A stretch of DNA of 64,000 bases from Balanoglossus misakiensis (taxonomy: Eukaryota; Animalia; Hemichordata), in assembly GCA_040954595.2 (NCBI GenBank), contig CM082579.2, positions 14,296,450 through 14,360,449 on the forward strand, in the 5' to 3' direction. Each line of letters begins with the position of its first letter. Positions within the stretch are counted from its first letter, which is position 1. Below the pieces are notes generated by a model. The model ran no database searches and was not told the origin of the DNA. It saw only the letters and a list, made by a program, of their open reading frames with translations. The position numbers and the translations under genes are program-made. This document shows positions 53,201 to 64,000 of this stretch, piece after piece.

Positions 53201-56200
53201 GGGAAAATGATCTAAAAATGACAAATTTTCGACTGCAAAATCTCAAAATTTCGTCAATTTTGAAAAAAATCATGGGTGAAAATCATCAAAAAATGACAAT
53301 TTTTTACTGCAAAATCTCAAAATTTGATCGATTTTTGAAAAAAATCATGGGTGAAAATCATCAAAAAATGACAAATTTTCGTCTTTGCAAAATCTCAAAA
53401 TTTCGTCCATTTAAAAAAAAAAACATGGGGGAAAATCATCAAAAAATGACAAATTTTCGACTTTGCAAAATCTCAAAATTTCGTCAATTTTTGAAAAAAA
53501 TCATGGGAGAAAATCATCAAAAAATGACAAATTTTGAAAAAAAAAACGGGTGAAAATCATCAAAAAATGACACATTTTCCTCTGCAAAATCTCAAAATTT
53601 CGTCGTTTTTTGAAAAAAAATCATTGGTGAAAATCATCAAAAAATGACAAATTTTCGTCTTTGCAAAATCTCAAAATTTCGTCCATTTTTGAAAAAAAAT
53701 CATGGGTAAAAATCATCAAAAATGACAAATTTTCGTCTTTGCAAAATCTCAAATTTTCGTCGAATTTTGAAAAAAATCATGGGGGCAGATTTTTGAAAAA
53801 ATTCATGGGGGAAAATCATGAAAAAATGACAAATTTTCCTCTTTGCAAAATCTCAAAATTTCGTCGATTTTTGAAAAAAATCATGGGTGAAAATCATGAA
53901 AAAATGACAAATTTTCCTCTTTGCAAAATCTCAAAATTTCGTCGTTTTTTGAAAAAAAATCATGGGTGAAAATCATCAAAAAATGACAAATTTTCGACTT
54001 TGCAAAATCTCAACATTTCGTCGATTTTTGAAAAAAATCATGGGTGAAAATCATCAAAAAATGACAAATTTTCGACTTCGCAAAATCTCAAAATTTCGTC
54101 GATTTTTGAAAAAAATCATGGGTGAAAATCATCAAAAAATGACACATTTTCGACTTTGCAAAATCTCAAAATTTCGTCGATTTTTGAAAAAAAATCATGG
54201 GTGAAAATCATCAAAAAATGACAAATTTTGAAAAAAAACGGGTGAAAATCATCAAAAAATGACACATTTTCGACTTTGCAAAATCTCAAAATTTCGTCGA
54301 TTTTTGAAAAAAAATCATGGGTGAAAATCATCAAAAAATGACAAATTTTCGTCTTTGCAAAATCTCAAAATTTCGTCCATTTTTGAAAAAAAAATCATGG
54401 GGGAAAATCATCAAAAAATGACAAATTTTCGACTTTGCAAAATCTCAAAATTTCGTCGATTTTGAAAAAAACCATTGGGGGAAAATCTTTAAAAAATGAC
54501 AAATTTTCGATTTTGCAAAATCTCAAAATTTCGTCGATTTTTGAAAAAAAATCATGGTTGAAAATCATCAAAAAATGACAAAATTTTCGACTTTGCAAAA
54601 TCACAAAATTTCGTCGATTTTGAAAAAAAATCATAGGTTCGTCGATTAAAAAAAAAAAAAACATGGGTGAAAATCATCAAAAAATGACACATTTTCGACT
54701 TTGCAAAATCTCAAAATTTCGTCGATTTTTGAAAAAAATCATGGGTGAAAATCATCAAAAAATGACAAATTTTCGACTTTGCAAAATCTCAAAATTTCGT
54801 CGATTTTTGAAAAAAATCATGGGGGAAAATCATCAAAAAATTACAAATTTTCGACTGCAAAATCTCAAAATTTCGTCGATTTTTGAAAAAATCATGGGTG
54901 AAAAATCATGAAAAAATGACAAATTTTCGACTTTGCAAAATCTGAAAATTTCGTCGATTTTTGAAAAAAATCATGGGGGAAAATGATCAAAAAATGACAA
55001 ATTTTCGACTGCAAAATCTCAAAATTTCGTCAATTTTGAAAAAAATCATGGGTGAAAATCATCAAAAAATGACAATTTTTTTACTGCAAAATCTCAAAAT
55101 TTCATCGATTTTTGAAAAAAATCATGGGTGAAAATCATCAAAAAATGATAAATTTTCGACTTTGCAAAATCTCAAAATTTCGTCGATTTTTGAAGAAAAT
55201 CAAGGGTGAAAATCATCAAAAAATGACAAATTTTCGACTTTGCAAAATCTCAAAATTTCGTCGATTTTTGAAAAAAATCATGGGGAAAATGATCAAAAAA
55301 TGACAAATTTTCGACTGCAAAAACTCAAAATTTCGTCAATTTTGAAAAAAATCATGGGTGAAAATCATCAAAAAATGACAAATTACCTCTTTGCAAAATC
55401 TATAAATTTCATCGATTTTTGAAAAATTTTCAACTTTGCAAAATCTCAAAATTTCGTCGATTTTTGAAAAAAATCATGGGAGAAAATCATCAAAAAATGA
55501 CAAATTTTTGACTGAAAAATCTCAAATTTTCGTCGATTTTTAAAAAAAAATTGTTGAAAATCATCAAAAAATGACAAATTTTTGACTTTGCAAAATCTCA
55601 AAATTTCGTCAATTTTGAAAAAAATCATGGGTGAAAATCATCAAAAAATGACAAATTTTCGACTTTGCAAAATCTCAAATTTTCGTTGATTTTTGAAAAA
55701 AATCATGGGGGAAAATGATCAAAAAATGACAAATTTTTGACTGCAAAATTTCAAAATTTCGTCAATTTTGAAAAAATCATGGGTGAAAATCATCAATTTA
55801 TGACAAATTTTCGACTGCAAAAACTCAAAATTTCATCAATTTTGAAAAAAATCATGGGTGAAAATCATCAAAAAATGACAAATTTTCCTCTTTGCAAAAT
55901 CTATAAATTTCGTCGATTTTTGAAAAATTTTCAACTTTGCAAAATCTCAAAATTTCGTCGATTTTTGAAAAAAATCATGGGGGAAAATCATCAAAAAATG
56001 ACAAATTTTCGACTGCAAAATCTCAAAATTTCGTCGATTTTTGAAATAAATCATTGTTGAAAATTATCATAAATTGACAAATTTTCCTTTTTGCAAAATC
56101 TCAAAATTTCGTCGATTTTTTGAAAAAAGACGGGTGAAAATCATCTAAAAATGACAAATTTTCGACTTTGCAAAATCTCAAAATTTCGTTGATTTTTGAA

Positions 56201-59200
56201 AAAAATCATGGGGGAAAATCATCAAAAATGACAAATTTACGACTACAAAATCTCAAAATTTCGTCGATTTGTGAAAAAAAATCATGGGTGAAAATCATCA
56301 AAAAATGACAAATTTTTGACTTTGCCCAATCTCAAAATTTCGTCAATTTTGAAAAAAAACATGGGTGAAAATCATCAAAAAATGACAAATTTTCGACTTT
56401 GCAAAATCTGAAAATTTCATCGATTTTTGAAAAAATCATGGGTGAAAATCATGAAAAAATGACAAATTTTCGACTTTGCAAAATCTCAAAATTTCGTCGA
56501 TTTTTGAAGAAAATCATGGGTGAAAATCATCAAAAAATGACAAATTTTCGACTTTGCAAAATCTCAAAATTTCGTCGATTTTTGAAAAAAATCATGGGGG
56601 AAAATCATCAAAAAATTACAAATTTTCGACTGCAAAATCTCAAAATTTCGTCGATTTTTGACAAAATCTTGGGTGAAAATCATGAAAAAATGACAAATTT
56701 TCGACTTTGCAAAATCTGAAAATTTCGTCGATTTTTGAAAAAAATCATGGGGGAAAATGATCTAAAAATGACAAATTTTCGACTGCAAAATCTCAAAATT
56801 TCGTCAATTTTGAAAAAAATCATGGGTGAAAATCATCAAAAAATGACAATTTTTTTACTGCAAAATCTCAAAATTTGATCGATTTTTGAAAAAAATCATG
56901 GGTGAAAATCATCTAAAAATGACAAATTTTCGACTTTGCAAAATCTCAAAATTTCGTCGATTTTTGAAGAAAATCAAGGGTGAAAATCATCAAAAAATGA
57001 CAAATTTTCGACTTTGCAAAATCTCAAAATTTCGTCGATTTTTGAAAAAAATCATGGGGAAAATGATCAAAAAATGACAAATTTTCGACTGCAAAATTTC
57101 AAAATTTCGTCAATTTTGAAAAAATCATGGGTGAAAATCATCAAAAAATGACAAATTTTCGACTGCAAAATCTCAAAATTTCGTCGATTTTTAAAAAAAA
57201 AAAACGGGTGAAAATCATCAAAAAATGACAAATTTTCGACTGCAAAAACTCAAAATTTCGTCAATTTTGAAAAAAATCATGGGTGAAAATCATCAAAAAA
57301 TGACAAATTTTCCTCTTTGCAAAATCTATAAATTTCGTCGATTTTTGAAAAATTTTCAACTTTGCAAAATCTCAAAATTTCGTCGATTTTTGAAAAAAAT
57401 CATGGGGGAAAATCATCAAAAAATGACAAATTTTCGACTGCAAAATCTCAAAATTTCGTCGATTTTGAAAAAAAATCATAGGTTCGTCGATTAAAAAAAA
57501 AAAAACATGGGTGAAAATCATCAAAAAATGACACATTTTCGACTTTGCAAAATCTCAAAATTTCGTCGATTTTTGAAAAAAATCATGGGTGAAAATCATC
57601 AAAAAATGACAAATTTTCGACTTTGCAAAATCTCAAAATTTCGTCGATTTTTGAAAAAAATCATGGGGGAAAATCATCAAAAAATTACAAATTTTCGACT
57701 GCAAAATCTCAAAATTTCGTCGATTTTTGAAAAAATCATGGGTGAAAATCATGAAAAAATGACAAATTTTCGACTTTGCAAAATCTGAAAATTTCGTCGA
57801 TTTTTGAAAAAAATCATGGGGGAAAATGATCAAAAAATGACAAATTTTCGACTGCAAAATCTCAAAATTTCGTCAATTTTGAAAAAAATCATGGGTGAAA
57901 ATCATCAAAAAATGACAATTTTTTTACTGCAAAATCTCAAAATTTCATCGATTTTTGAAAAAAATCATGGGTGAAAATCATCAAAAAATGATAAATTTTC
58001 GACTTTGCAAAATCTCAAAATTTCGTCGATTTTTGAAGAAAATCAAGGGTGAAAATCATCAAAAAATGACAAATTTTCGACTTTGCAAAATCTCAAAATT
58101 TCGTCGATTTTTGAAAAAAATCATGGGGAAAATGATCAAAAAATGACAAATTTTCGACTGCAAAAACTCAAAATTTCGTCAATTTTGAAAAAAATCATGG
58201 GTGAAAATCATCAAAAAATGACAAATTACCTCTTTGCAAAATCTATAAATTTCATCGATTTTTGAAAAATTTTCAACTTTGCAAAATCTCAAAATTTCGT
58301 CGATTTTTGAAAAAAATCATGGGAGAAAATCATCAAAAAATGACAAATTTTTGACTGAAAAATCTCAAATTTTCGTCGATTTTTAAAAAAAAATTGTTGA
58401 AAATCATCAAAAAATGACAAATTTTTGACTTTGCAAAATCTCAAAATTTCGTCAATTTTGAAAAAAATCATGGGTGAAAATCATCAAAAAATGACAAATT
58501 TTCGACTTTGCAAAATCTCAAATTTTCGTTGATTTTTGAAAAAAATCATGGGGGAAAATGATCAAAAAATGACAAATTTTTGACTGCAAAATTTCAAAAT
58601 TTCGTCAATTTTGAAAAAATCATGGGTGAAAATCATCAATTTATGACAAATTTTCGACTGCAAAAACTCAAAATTTCATCAATTTTGAAAAAAATCATGG
58701 GTGAAAATCATCAAAAAATGACAAATTTTCCTCTTTGCAAAATCTATAAATTTCGTCGATTTTTGAAAAATTTTCAACTTTGCAAAATCTCAAAATTTCG
58801 TTGATTTTTGAAAAAAATCATGGGGGAAAATCATCAAAAATGACAAATTTACGACTACAAAATCTCAAAATTTCGTCGATTTGTGAAAAAAAATCATGGG
58901 TGAAAATCATCAAAAAATGACAAATTTTTGACTTTGCCCAATCTCAAAATTTCGTCAATTTTGAAAAAAAACATGGGTGAAAATCATCAAAAAATGACAA
59001 ATTTTCGACTTTGCAAAATCTGAAAATTTCATCGATTTTTGAAAAAATCATGGGTGAAAATCATGAAAAAATGACAAATTTTCGACTTTGCAAAATCTCA
59101 AAATTTCGTCGATTTTTGAAGAAAATCATGGGTGAAAATCATCAAAAAATGACAAATTTTCGACTTTGCAAAATCTCAAAATTTCGTCGATTTTTGAAAA

Positions 59201-62200
59201 AAATCATGGGGGAAAATCATCAAAAAATTACAAATTTTCGACTGCAAAATCTCAAAATTTCGTCGATTTTTGACAAAATCTTGGGTGAAAATCATGAAAA
59301 AATGACAAATTTTCGACTTTGCAAAATCTGAAAATTTCGTCGATTTTTGAAAAAAATCATGGGGGAAAATGATCTAAAAATGACAAATTTTCGACTGCAA
59401 AATCTCAAAATTTCGTCAATTTTGAAAAAAATCATGGGTGAAAATCATCAAAAAATGACAATTTTTTTACTGCAAAATCTCAAAATTTGATCGATTTTTG
59501 AAAAAAATCATGGGTGAAAATCATCAAAAAATGACAAATTTTCGACTTTGCAAAATCTCAAAATTTCGTCGATTTTTGAAGAAAATCAAAGGTGAAAATC
59601 ATCAAAAAATGACAAATTTTCGACTTTGCAAAATCTCAAAATTTCGTCGATTTTTGAAAAAAATCATGGGGAAAATGATCAAAAAATGACAAATTTTCGA
59701 CTGCAAAATTTCAAAATTTCGTCAATTTTGAAAAAATCATGGGTGAAAATCATCAAAAAATGACAAATTTTCGACTGCAAAATCTCAAAATTTCGTCGAT
59801 TTTAAAAAAAAAAAAACGGGTGAAAATCATCAAAAAATGACAAATTTTCGACTGCAAAAACTCAAAATTTCGTCAATTTTGAAAAAAATCATGGGTGAAA
59901 ATCATCAAAAAATGACAAATTTTCCTCTTTGCAAAATCTATAAATTTCGTCGATTTTTGAAAAATTTTCAACTTTGCAAAATCTCAAAATTTCGTCGATT
60001 TTTGAAAAAAATCATGGGGGAAAATCATCAAAAAATGACAAATTTTCGACTGCAAAATCTCAAAATTTCGTCGATTTTTGAAATAAATCATTGTTGAAAA
60101 TTATCAAAAAATGACAAATTTTCCTCTTTACAAAATCACAAAATTTCGTCGATTTTTTGAAAAAAGACGGGTGAAAATCATCTAAAAATGACAAATTTTC
60201 GACTTTGCAAAATCTCAAAATTTCGTTGATTTTTGAAAAAAATCATGGGGGAAAATCATCAAAAAATGACAAATTTTCGTCTTTGCAAAATCTCAAAATT
60301 TCGTCCATTTTTGAAAAAAAATCATGGGTGAAAATCATCAAAAAATGACAAATTTTCGTCTTCGCAAAATCTCAAAATTTCGTCCATTTCTGAAAAAAAA
60401 TTATGGGTAAAAATCATCAAAAATGACAGATTTTCATCTTTGCAAAATCTCAAATTTTCGTCGATTTTTGAAAAAAAATCATGGTTGAAAATCATCAAAA
60501 AATGACAAATTTTCCTCTTTGCAAAATCTCAAAATTTCGTCGATTTTTGAAAAAAAATGGGTGAAAATCATCAAAAAATTACACATTTTCGTCGACTTTG
60601 CAAAATCTCAAAATTTCGTCGATTTTGAAAAAAATCATAGGTTCGTCGATTTTTTAAAAAAAAACATGGGTGAAAATGATCAAAAAATGACAAATTTTCG
60701 ACTGCAAAATCATGGGTGAAAATCATCAAAAAATGACAAATTTTCGACTGCAAAATCTCAAAATTTCGTCGATTTTTGAAAAAAATCATGGGGGAAAATC
60801 ATCAAAAAATGACAAATTTTCGACTGCAAAATCTCAAAATTTCGTCGATTTTTGAAATAAATCATTGTTGAAAATTATCAAAAAATGACAAATTTTCCTC
60901 TTTGCAAAATCTCAAAATTTCGTCGATTTTTTGAAAAAAGACGGGTGAAAATCATCTAAAAATGACAAATTTTCGACTTTGCAAAATCTCAAAATTTCGT
61001 TGATTTTTGAAAAAAATCATGGGGGAAAATCATCAAAAAATTACAAATTAACGACTACAAAATCTCAAAATTTTGCCAATTTTGAAAAAATCATGGGTGA
61101 AAATCATCAAAAAATGACAAATTTTTTACTGCAAAATCTCAAATTTTCGTCGATTTTTTAAAAAAATTGTTGAAAATCATCAAAAAATGACAAATTTTTG
61201 ACTGCAAAATCTCAAAATTTCGTCGATTTTTGAAAAAAAATCATTGTTGAAAATCATCAAAAAATGACAAATTTTCCTCTTTGCAAAATCTCAAAATTTC
61301 GTCGATTTTTGAAAAAAAAACATTGGGTGAAAATCATCAAAAAATGACAAATTTTCGACTTTGCAAAATCTCAAAATTTCGTCGATTTTTGAAGAAAATC
61401 ATGGGTGAAAATCATCAAAAAATGACAAATTTTCGACTTTGCAAAATCTCAAAATTTCGTCGATTTTTTTAAAAAAGACGGGTGAAAATCATCTAAAAAT
61501 GACAAATTTTCGACTTTGCAAAATCTCAAAATTTCGTTGATTTTTGAAAAAAATCATGGGGGAAAATCATCAAAAAATGACAAATTTTCGTCTTTGCAAA
61601 ATCTCAAAATTTCGTCCATTTTTGAAAAAAAATCATGGGTGAAAATCATCAAAAAATGACAAATTTTCGTCTTCGCAAAATCTCAAAATTTCGTCCATTT
61701 CTGAAAAAAAATTATGGGTAAAAATCATCAAAAATGACAGATTTTCATCTTTGCAAAATCTCAAATTTTCGTCGATTTTGAAAAAAAATCATGGTTGAAA
61801 ATCATCAAAAAATGACAAATTTTCCTCTTTGCAAAATCTCAAAATTTCGTCGATTTTTGAAAAAAAATGGGTGAAAATCATCAAAAAATTACACATTTTC
61901 GTCGACTTTGCAAAATCTCAAAATTTCGTTGATTTTTGAAAAAAATCATGGGGGAAAATCATCAAAAAATTACAAATTAACGACTACAAAATCTCAAAAT
62001 TTTGCCAATTTTGAAAAAATCATGGGTGAAAATCATCAAAAAATGACAAATTTTTTACTGCAAAATCTCAAATTTTCGTCGATTTTTTAAAAAAATTGTT
62101 GAAAATCATCAAAAAATGACAAATTTTTGACTGCAAAATCTCAAAATTTCGTCGATTTTTGAAAAAAAATCATTGTTGAAAATCATCAAAAAATGACAAA

Positions 62201-62250
62201 TTTTCCTCTTTGCAAAATCTCAAAATTTCGTCGATTTTTGAAAAAAGACA
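50200..62250 (+). repeat. Satellite domain IV: more diverged, CGAC-type 78/76-bp monomers in a ~3.55/2.84/2.61-kb HOR
   Basis: CGACTTTGC and the 2-bp-deleted CGACTGC dominate. Other variants are AATGATC, GAAGAAAATC, TCTATAAA and TCTGAAAATT. ORF series 51562/55112/57955 (offsets 3550, 2843) and 52849/56399/59011 (3550, 2612). Confidence 0.9.
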
Positions 62251-62329
62251 TGGGTGAAAATCATCAAAAAATGACAAATTTTCCTCTTTGCAAAATCTCA
62301 AAATTTCGTCGTTTTTTGAAAAAAAATCA

Positions 62330-64000
62330 TGGGTGAAAATCATCAAAAAATGACAAATTTTCGTCTTTGCAAAATCTCAAATTTTCGTCGATTTTTGAAA
62401 AAAAATCATGGTTGAAAATCATCAAAAAATGACAAAATTTTCGACTTTGTAAAATCACAAAATTTCGTCGATTTTTGAAAAAAATCATGGGGGAAAATCA
62501 TGAAAAAATGACAAATTTTCCTCTTTGCAAAATCTCAAAATTTCGTCCATTTTTGAAAAAAAATCATGGGTAAAAATCATCAAAAATGACAAATTTTTGT
62601 CTTTGCAAAATCTCAAATTTTCGTCGATTTTTGAAAAAAAATCATGGTTGAAAATCATCAAAAAATGACAAAATTTTCGACTTTGTAAAATCACAAAATT
62701 TCGTCGATTTTGAAAAAAATCATAGGTTCGTCGATTTTTAAAAAAAAAAACATGGGTGAAAATCATCAAAAAATGACAAATTTTGAAAAAAAACGGGTGA
62801 AAATCATCAAAAAATGACACATTTTCGTCGACTTTGCAAAATCTCAAAATTTCGTCGATTTTTGAAAAAAATCATGGGGGAAAATCATGAAAAAATGACA
62901 AATTTTCCTCTTTGCAAAATCTCAAAATTTCGTCGATTTTTAAAAAAAGACATGGGTGAAAATCATCAAAAAATAACAAATTTTCGACTTTGCAAAACCT
63001 CAAAATTTCGTCCATTTTTGAAAAAAAATCATGGGTAAAAATCATCAAAAAATGACAAATTTTCGTCTTTGCAAAATCTCACAATTTCGTCGATTTTTGA
63101 AAAAAATCATGTGTTAAAATCATCAAAAAATGACAAATTTTCGACTTTGCAAAATCTCAAAATTTCGTCAATTTTTGAAAAAATCATGGGTGAAAATCAT
63201 CAAAAAATAACAAATTTTCGTCTTTGCAAAATCTCAAAATTTCGTCCATTTAAAAAAAAAAACAGGGGAAAATCATCAAAAAATGACAAATTTTCGACTT
63301 TGCAAAATCTCAAAATTTCGTCGATTTTTGAAAAAAATCATGGGTGAAAATCATCAAAAAATGACAAATTTTCGACTTTGCAAAATCTCAAAATTTCGTC
63401 AATTTTTGAAAAAAATCATGGGAGAAAATCATCAAAAAATGACAAATTTTGAAAAAAAAAAAAACGGGTGAAAATCATCAAAAAATGACACATTTTCCTC
63501 TGCAAAATCTCAAAATTTCGTCGTTTTTTGAAAAAAAATCATTGGTGAAAATAATCAAAAAATGACAAATTTTCGTCTTTGCAAAATCTCAAAATTTCGT
63601 CCATTTTTGAAAAAAAATCATGGGTAAAAATCATCAAAAATGACAAATTTTCGTCTTTGCAAAATCTCAAATTTTCGTCGATTTTTGAAAAAAATCATGG
63701 GGGAAAATCATGAAAAAATGACAAATTTTCCTCTTTGCAAAATCTCAAAATTCGTCGATTTTTGAAAAAAATCATGGGTGAAAATCATGAAAAAATGACA
63801 AATTTTCGTCTTTGCAAAATCTCAAAATTTCGTCCATTTTTGAAAAAAAATCATGGGTAAAAATCATCAAAAATGACAAATTTTCGTCTTTGCAAAATCT
63901 CAAATTTTCGTCGATTTTTGAAAAAAAATCATGGGGGAAAATCATGAAAAAATGACAAATTTTGAAAAAAAAAAACTGGTGAAAATCATCAAAAAATGAC
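62330..64000 (+). repeat. Return to domain II/III-type sequence; ~62.35-63.7 kb copies ~42.85-44.2 kb (offset ~19494)
   Basis: ORF pairs are 42992/62485, 43320/62814 and 43575/63069. Shared rare variants are CATGTGTTAAAATC (~43614, ~63108) and GGTGAAAATAATC (~44053, ~63544). Confidence 0.87.

Larger units (their letters stand above)
1..64000 (+). repeat. Tandem satellite DNA array, 78-79 bp AT-rich monomer, one orientation throughout
   Basis: The consensus ATCATGGGTGAAAATCATCAAAAAATGACAAATTTTCGWCTTTGCAAAATCTCAAAATTTCGTCGATTTTTGA(7-8) or a variant recurs from first to last base. I found no unique sequence or inverted block. The array runs off both window ends. Confidence 0.99.

Noticed and set aside
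355-63471. About 200 ORFs of 60-140 aa (MGENHQKMTNFRLCKISKFRRFLKKI repeats and the reverse-strand Phe-rich versions)
   Set aside because: They are translations of the satellite. A 78-bp monomer is 26 codons, and frames shift with every homopolymer change. There is no frame conservation, recognisable domain or unique coding sequence.
1-64000. CRISPR array or other repeat-spacer system
   Set aside because: There are no unique spacers, since the entire unit is repeated, and no cas or other genes are present.
1-64000. Telomeric repeat or G-quadruplex potential from GGG/GGGGG runs
   Set aside because: There is only one G-run per ~79 bp, too sparse for a canonical G4, and no short telomeric unit.
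1-64000. Monomer variant order as an information-bearing code
   Set aside because: The ordering is adequately explained by HOR formation and segmental duplication, and nothing in the window indicates a reading mechanism.

Overview
The whole 64-kb window is one head-to-tail, single-orientation, AT-rich satellite DNA array, almost certainly eukaryotic heterochromatin and a candidate (peri)centromere. The consensus monomer is 78-79 bp (ATCATGGGTGAAAATCATCAAAAAATGACAAATTTTCG[A/T]CTTTGCAAAATCTCAAAATTTCGTCGATTTTTGAAAAAAA; about 27% GC by hand count), with roughly 800-850 monomers. I see no genes, RNA genes, transposons or CRISPR; every listed ORF is a translation of the repeat. The interest is structural. 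Monomer variants form a 315-bp 4-mer higher-order repeat (HOR) and nested 1.5-10 kb duplications. There are four domains with private diagnostic variants (I ~0.3-22.4 kb, II ~22.4-43.7 kb, III ~43.7-50.2 kb, IV ~50.2-62.2 kb and more diverged), followed by a return to II/III-type sequence. Other features are recurrent truncated monomers, a ~270-bp domain-IV patch sitting 52.75 kb away inside domain I, and a pair of monomer variants related by an exact micro-inversion. I cannot assign the organism or a named satellite family. All offsets were read by eye and from the ORF track, so boundaries are approximate.
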